64,000 nucleotides of DNA from the human T2T-CHM13v2.0 reference genome, Homo sapiens, in NCBI RefSeq assembly GCF_009914755.1, contig NC_060931.1. One strand, given 5' to 3'. The notes under the pieces were generated by a model that was not told the DNA's origin, did not search any database, and worked only from the letters and a program-made list of their open reading frames with translations. The first letter of the stretch is position 1. The number at the start of each line of letters is the position of its first letter. Shown piece after piece: positions 56,026-64,000 of the stretch. The translations under genes and the position numbers were made by a program.

Positions 56026-57100
56026 GAGAAACAATTTAGTGTTGGATTGTCAGAGTCGATGTAAAGCAGCAGATGAATCCTTTATAATCTCTCCATCTCT
56101 TCTTCAATTAGGAGTAGTTTAGTGGAATCACAAGACCGAGGACTGGAAACCTCGGTTCGTGTCCTTTATCTGCCACACTGCGTTGAATTATTGGCCCAAA
56201 CACTTGTCTGAGGTTCCACTTCCAATCTGAGAAGTTGGACTGAAAAAGCTCTAAACGTTCTTCCAGTTCAGACATGCTGCATTTTGTGCGTTTTCAGGAC
56301 AATGGCCCTGGCAATGGCTGTAGATAACATAAAGAAGACATGATAATTTTCTGAAAAGGCAAGAAAGTCTTTTTCACCTCTGGTAGAAGTATTCTTTGGG
56401 GTTGGTGGAACATGCTTTAGGGTTTTAGCTCCAAACTTTCTGAAAAAATCTGCAGCTTCCATCTTTACCACTGAAGTTGAGGAATGTTTAAGGACATTTC
56501 ATAAAAGAAATCCACACCACAAGAAGGGAACAGCTGCAGATGTGAACTTTTTCCTAACTCGATTTCAAATGTCAATACACAGTTCACTGACAAAAAGTGG
56601 CAGGAAACAAAAAATAATAATAATTATGTATGGTGTCTGCAATTAACTTCGGATGCTAACCAGGGAAAACCAAGAACCAACTAAATTAGACCTTAACCAA
56701 TCACAGGAAAGTTGGAAAATTGTTCAAGTATGCCAGACTACAATCGTTCTTGGCCTCAGGAATGAGTTCTTGACCTTGGAAAAACTTGTGAGTCAATGCA
56801 GAATTTCCTGGGAATCCTCCAGATAGATTTGAAAATGCTTGACAGACTCTGAATGTGCAAGTTATTGTGGTTCAAAATAAAAATTCACCTCTAGGAAATC
56901 AGAAGAGTTTTGAGACAACATGACAGGAGCTAGGGTAGAAGCACGGGCATGAGGTGGAATCAAGCCCTGCCTGTGCACAGTCACCTGGCAGTGCTTTCAG
57001 TGGGTATGTTGCTAAACTACCTGGTTCCATCTCTGTCATCTATACACATTATCCTCCCTTGGTTCCAATCGTACTCTCTTTCAGTTGTCTTAATAAATAA

Positions 57101-57361
<261 letters not shown>

Positions 57362-57959
57362 TGACCTTGCTAATCATACCTATACTGTTTCTAGAAGAAT
57401 GCACTGCAGGATTTGCAGATATTACCGTTTATTTGGGTGACAGCTTAGAGTGTGTCCTCTAACAAGCTGAGCAGATGCTTTGCATTTAGGGTCTCATCCT
57501 CTTCTGTATTTTCTATCTTTATATGAAAGTTCAACCCAGGGTTGAACAAGTGCTGTGAAATGGATATGTTATATGTTTGAATAGTTTGTTTTTAAATTTT
57601 GATACTAATCAAGTTAATGTGGACAAATACACACAACACTATAACAACACTTAATTGTAATAATTTTAAGGTAATAACCTTGTCTCTAATGTACCACATT
57701 TTCACATTTCTAGATGAGCATTGGATTTTCCCTGCGTATTACTTTTAGATATTAAAATTGGATAGGCATAGACTTTAAATAATTTTGATTACTCAACATT
57801 TGCTTAAAATTAAAAAAGAAAAGCCCTCATAATTAATAGCTGGAATAGAATATATCCAAACTACTTATAGTTGGTTCTGTTCAGTCTACCTTTCAAAATA
57901 ATAAATTCTAATTATAAAGTAAAAATAATAAAATTATGGATAACCTTATCCACATGATT

Positions 57960-58100
57960 CCTAATAATGTTTGTAGCAGAAGACAAGTATAACCTCATTT
58001 TCCCTAGAAGAAAGCTGAGGCTCAGAGCGGCTAAGCCACCTGCCCCAGGTTATTCAGAGTTCAGAGTTTCAATTCTGGCTCTATTCCTACCTCATCCTTA
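57960..58100 (-). mobile_element. MIR SINE
   Basis: 'cctcattttccctagaagaaagctgaggctcagagcggctaagccacctgcccc'. Confidence 0.75.
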
Positions 58101-59249
58101 CAACACAAAAGATGGTGGTGGGCTGGCTGCTGACCTGGTGAAATGGCAAAATGTTTCCCTGTCTCCAGACACTCTGTTCTGTAACTTTCCCCTTTCACTC
58201 TTGTAAATGTCCAAAACCTCTCGTGCTAATTTCTTACCAAAACCTATGCTCGACAAAGACTTAAAATCAGTTAATATTAGTATGCAGCCTAGTGTTTTCT
58301 TTTCCAGAAGAATTTCACTTTTAACAGAGTTCTGGAACTTACGCTCTAGGAATAAACTTTTCAGGGAGCTTTGAACTAAAAAGCTGCAGCGGAGGGTTTT
58401 GTGAAAAGGAGTGGTGAGGTGAGAAAGAGGTAAGAAGACTACTGCACAACACCAACTGTATGCTGGGCAATAAAGTCTTTCATGCTTAAACTAGGTTTTT
58501 ATTTTCTTTTTTTAAGCCTTCTTTACTCATACTAGCCTCAGTATTCCTTACAATTTCCAAAAAAATTTCTTTGGGGAATTTTGTTGTGAAATGAAAAATG
58601 GAAACATGGTTTCTCCAAACGTGTTCTCTTAGAAACCAAGTAGTTCGTGTGGTTTACATTTTCATCACTCTCTGAAACATATTTTCCAAAGGAGGGAGCC
58701 ACACATGCCCACTGGGGCCCGGCTGGCTTTGGCAGCCTGTGAAAGCATTTTTTTTTTTTTTTGATGACTTTGGTCATCCAACACTTAGTTATCCTTGTAG
58801 ACATGGAATAATTACTCACAGGACTCTGTATGTGAGCTTTTTTTTTTTTTAAAGTAATGATGAAGGTTGAATAACTACAGATTTTACAATTTTTAAATTT
58901 ATTGAAATACTGTTGGTTTTGTGCCTTAAAGTTAGCATTCTGTTTATTCCTATACTTGCACAAATAGAAAAATAATCTCAACAAAAATTCCGAAGACAAA
59001 TTTAGAATATCAGGGAATATCTTCGCTATGCAGACATGTGGTAAATACTTTTTTACGCACACTCTTTTCATGCTAGAAAAGAAAGAATGTATTAAAAGGA
59101 AAGCCAGGTTTTCTATCTGTTTGTTGGCACAGGGGGTGCTGATGAGCAAAATCAGAAGAAGGGAAAGAGAAGAGAAAAGAAGCTGAAAGTGTGATTCTGT
59201 CAAAACAATGTAATGAATTTATGACCAGAAACAAATTTGAGCCAAACTC

Positions 59250-59380
59250 AGTCACCAGTAAGCTGTTCAGCTTTATACAAGTCCCCTAACTCCACTGATC
59301 CTCTATTTTCTCAGCTGTAAAATGAAGGGTTGGACAATGATGTTATAAGAATCCATCCAACACACTATGATTCTGTGAAA
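59250..59380 (+). mobile_element. MIR fragment
   Basis: 'ttttctcagctgtaaaatgaagggttggac...ctatgattctgtga'. Confidence 0.65.
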
Positions 59381-62300
59381 CCCAGTCTACCAGCCACAAG
59401 GAGCAGGGATAATAGCAAGAAACTCTTGAAATTTCCACCCCAAAATCTCGGCAGGAAGCCAGCCCTCAGCTGGGGCCTCCACATGCAGATGCATTCAATG
59501 ACTGGGACACTGACTTTTTAACATATTAGGGTCCACAGAGGGAGAAGCAGAATTTTTCTAATAATATAAACACTTTTGAGAAAATTTTCAACCTAAACGA
59601 AATTAGGCTTCTTTCTCAAACTGATCAATAAGTATTATTACTAAGCCTTCATAGATTATTTTGAATTGTTGTCTGGGATAGAGACATTTAATAAGTTTTT
59701 AGAGTTTATTCCCAGAAATGACTCAGAATGGAGGAAAATCCAGTTGCACTTTACTTTAATCCACTCTGGTTGAGTATGCTTTACTGCTTGGGCCAGAATT
59801 CACAAACCAAGCCCAGTGGGGCTGAGAATATGAGATCAACCTACTCTAAGATTTGACTTCATTGAGTACAAATGTTCACTGGTGTCTGTAACAAGAAGAC
59901 TAGTTGGCTCCAAGCCCCAAGTGGGAAAAGATACCCAAGTATACTAGCAAAGAAGAAACACTAGCAAATTCATAAATTATAGTTCCACAGATGCCCTGAT
60001 GCCTGTGCTGAGCCTGAGGCTTGCTTAGAGTTTTCAGCAGATAAAATGCTGCTTGAACTTGCTCCCATGTATACTTCTGGGTTTAAAATGTAAACTTACA
60101 GAAATTTACCCACATTTTCATTTATTCATTGTCAGTAACAGCCTTAACCAAGGCAAACTCATTTATGTACAGTAAGTTATTATCTGTTACAGTAGAATCA
60201 TTAAGATAATCTAATGTATCAACTTGATCATTTTTCTTCCTTTCCACAGATATTTGGTCTAGCGGTATGTAGTCCACTCATCAAACGGAAAGGAGGACAT
60301 ATTCCAGTACTCAACACTGTCCCTGGATGAGTGGTGAACCCCATAAGCAAACAGCAGAGAAGGCTAATTTAAACTCTAAATTCTGAAAAGGCCCTAATCC
60401 AGGAGTAATTAATCTGGGGACCAAGGAAAGACTTGGGGGGCTTATGGAGTCAAATGCAATATTATATGAATATGAGAATATGTGCATTTTTCTAAGGAGA
60501 TGAATCATAATTCTCAAAGGATTCTATGACTTGCAAATCCATGAAATCCATATTTTTTTAAAAGTCTAGGAAGTACCTTGGGATAAGGCAGAAACTTCCA
60601 AATATAACATGCATGTGAAGGTACCTGGTAGAAAGTAAAATATAAACTGCAACCAGGTTGGAATAATGCCATAGTCACTAGCTTGAGAGGAAATAATGTG
60701 GGATGGGCTCTGAATGTGTGCCTTCCCCAGGAGAGAGCATGTTGGTTCCAGGTTAGAAGCCCAAAATATATTCCTAACATGAAGGTTGACGTACAGTGGT
60801 TTTTAAAAATGAAGAAGTCAGTGAAACTATCTTTGGAAAACTGGGAGCTCAGAGGAAGAATGAAGAAATCTTTGAGAGCATTAGATTCATAGTAAGCAAG
60901 AGGGTTATTTTGTGTTCTGAACTATTTAACAAAATATCTGTAGGCAGCATCCAGGGGCAGCAGTGGGGTCATGGTCTGGGTGTGCTTCAATCTAGGACCG
61001 AGAAAGAAAAATATTGTGCTTTCCAGTAATGAATGACCGTAACTCTCAACTTAGATGGGGTGGAATAAAAAAGAATAGCAAATTTCACATAAGGACTTGG
61101 ACCTAGGAAAACAATCAGTTGCTTTCAAGATGACGCATGAAATACCAAAGTAACCATGGAGTTGAACAATGAACAATCTTGATCCCTCTTTGTACTTTGT
61201 AACATTATCCAGTTCCTGAAATAAGACAAAAACTATATTCAATAAGAACAAAAATGAATAAACTTTTTCACTCCTGAAGCTGATAATGTCAGTATGATTT
61301 GATTTGTTCATTTTTAAATGAACACTGTGATTGCAAGGATAATGATGAAAGCAAACTTAAACATATAGTTTCATGACTTATGGTAACATGGGTACTGTTC
61401 AAACTGTTCGCCACCGGTATAGTGATTAGATGCTTTCCTAAACCACACAAGAATCTGTAGGTCAAACAGGTGGTCATATGACATAGAGAGTAGTGTATTT
61501 CTATAGCTCTCACTTCTATCTACAATTAACGTTGTAGGACTTTAATATGCCCCTATAAGACATGGACCCTCTGTTCCTAATAATTTGGAGAATATCCTTG
61601 ATGTACCCACAAATGCATCCTCTTAGCTACCCCAGAGAAGTCACCATTTTCTTTTGGTTTTTCTGTGATCTATTCTTTGGGTCTCTCATCCCTATGAAGC
61701 AGGCAACGTCCACCAGGGGCGCTAGACTTTGGATGCAAGACAAAGATGTCCCAGCTCATGATGATGCTTCTGCAAGTCTGTTTTTGGTGACTGAGGTTTG
61801 CTCTCTAGGGCACTGGTGTCCACCTGCTTGGAAGTGCTTCCAGGAGCTCCAAAGGGCACAAAAGGCTAATGTGGCTGAGTCTATATCCTTGAACTTTGTG
61901 CTACAAGGTTCCCAAGTAAAATTTCTGGATGCTCTCAAAATCTTCCAGAGATTCAAGTCAAACAGCTCTTTCTGTTTTTGCTCACAGGCACATTCTGTGC
62001 AGCCCAGGAATGAGTCCCTGGGGACTGGGCTAGAAGGCATTTTCAGGCCAGATAAATAACTATCCACTGGTGCTCAAATCACCCCTCTCACTGATGGTGA
62101 GAGGGCTTTCCTCCAAGCCCTTTTCTCTCCCCATGGTCAGTTCTTTGCCAGGAAGCTCCTCAGATTCTCATACAAACACCCTCTTGGAGGCCCTACTTCC
62201 CCAGCTGTGTTTTTCACTTTTCTCCTCCTTCAGGGGAGACTTCCATTTTATTTGGGAATTGTCGAATCCTAAAGTGAATGCAGATTCATCTCATGCTGGA

Positions 62301-64000
62301 CCTTTGAACCAAAATATTTTTACATAGTCAAATCTATATAATTGTCTCATCCCTCCTTTTCAGTAACTTCCTATTAGCAGCTGTCAAGTTATCAGAGTTA
62401 TCATCATTTATCCCCCTCACTTATTAAAAAAATTAAGTTTTTGCTACCCCTGAAATTTCAACCTAGGGAGTTCAGTGGTTAGCTTATGACTACACTAGGG
62501 AACAAAAGGCACCTTTCCAATTAGAGTTAATAGTGGGATAACTTCAGACACACAAAGGGAGAAAAAGGCACTTATGAGTCATGGTGAGTTCAAAAGGAAA
62601 GTGTTGAGGTGGAATCACAAAGCATCATGGGAAGTGCTATTCAAGCTACCACGTCAAAAAGCCTGATTAACAGCAGGTCCAAGTCGGCCTGATCACCAGG
62701 GAGTCTTACTGATAAAATTATTTCCCCTCCAGAGAGAATCTCCCTGAGCTGAATAAATGTTTCACTTCTGAATAGGATTCATAAAAAGGCAGGGGGATGG
62801 TGGTGACAAGAGAAAAGAACCATATTCATTGATTGATCTGAAATGTGTGACCTGAAATTGTTTATCAGTCTTCACGTCTTAAATGAAATAGAAATTTATG
62901 CTTGTTTTAAGTCATTGGAGTGCCAAAATTCAAGTTACTCTGCACATATATGTAATTAATAATGCTCTAATATGGAAAAGTAATAGAAAAGGTAATAGAA
63001 AAGGTAATTTTAGATTATTTAAATATTTTATTGATTCTCACTTTGAATGTTAATATTTTCAGTAAACATGTTGATAAATCCTTTTATTCATGAAGTTTTG
63101 CACAGCTTAATTTTTGTAGTAATTAAACATTAGTTTGAGTTTCTCATTATAAATGTTTCTTCTCTCTTAGGTCAATTTGTTTCACCATCTTTGTATTACC
63201 TTATCTCTTTTAAACAAGCTTTCATTTTTTTCCTCCATATGAAACAAGTAAACAGTGTGCAGTCTATATAGGAAATGATGCAAACCACAGGGAAAAATGT
63301 ACAGTGAGGAAGAAGGCTACTTGTGTGCAACATAGGAGCACTATTATTTAAGAAGTAATATGCTGTTCCTGAATACTATAAATATGTCATCACTCTAATG
63401 AAATGATAATGAGGCATTTGTGACTACATATTTGTTACCATGGTAACAAACGATGACATCATAAACACAAATGACTGACATAATTGTAGCAGCATCTGGA
63501 CAGTGAAGAAAGAAGTCTCATGTATATCTAATTGCTTCTGACTACAACAGCTGAAATAACATTCATGATATTAAATTCAATAAAATTATTTAGAAAGAAA
63601 TATAATGATAGCGAATGGTGCAGGTAAAATAAGGGACCTTCTCGAGTCTTCATGAAATGTGAAATTACAGAGACATGCTGTCTTACATAAATAGAGTTTT
63701 TGCAGTGAAATCCAAGTAGAAACTTCAGCTGGTCTTATGTGACACCTCAGTTTAAGGATTGTTTAGAGAAAGAACTGGAAATATTGGACAGAGGCTGGGA
63801 AGATTGCTGTGAGTTAGGGAGGAGAGCAGATCATGTGCTTTGCAGCCATCAGAGAGTAGTGCAAGTCAGGGGATGGGTGGCCTGGTCCCACAGAGGGCAG
63901 TAAGTTATAGAGATATGGTGGACTCTGGCTGAAAGGACAATATGTTTCAGCAGAGGAGTTGGAGAAAAGACAAGGAGCTACATAGCAAGAGAGTGGAGTG

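Noticed and set aside
58538-59203. Longest ORF (221 aa, minus)
   Set aside because: Non-ATG start, poly-Lys from T-tracts, F/L/K-biased AT-rich composition, no recognisable domain; chance ORF
61709-61725. CTCF-like CCACCAGGGGCGCTAG
   Set aside because: One G short of the core CCASYAGRKGGCRS spacing; cannot be supported without ChIP data
61562-62327. 165-aa, 103-aa and 85-aa overlapping ORFs suggesting a coding last exon
   Set aside because: No recognisable family, open on both strands, no coherent exon structure

Overview
Human genomic DNA. The primate repeat landscape and a human-lineage AluYb8 at 22389-22731 support this. The window is intergenic or deep-intronic, with no CpG island and no recognisable protein-coding exon. 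The supplied ORFs are chance ORFs or repeat remnants; only 51043-51321 is a real but dead L1 ORF2 fragment. A large share of the window is interspersed repeat (Alu, L1M, L2, MIR, THE1/MLT1/MLT2/MER61/MER50/LTR40/LTR16 LTRs, MER33, MER5A), often nested with readable target-site duplications (TSDs). The strongest signals outside the interspersed repeats are: (1) a pure (GAA)59 tract at 50209-50385 that is not an Alu tail; (2) a chain of minus-strand candidate exons (46727-46655, 45441-45411, 44619-44500, terminal 43297-~43143 with AATAAA and a GU-rich downstream element) that looks like the 3' end of a spliced non-coding RNA, possibly with the GAA tract in an upstream intron; (3) a young, long-tailed AluYb8; (4) repeat-poor, motif-rich enhancer-like islands near 14.2-16.6 kb and 58.2-59.3 kb. 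I cannot name the locus. Repeat subfamilies were assigned from remembered consensus sequences and need RepeatMasker/Dfam confirmation. I see no convincing evidence of a new biological system, only testable candidates.
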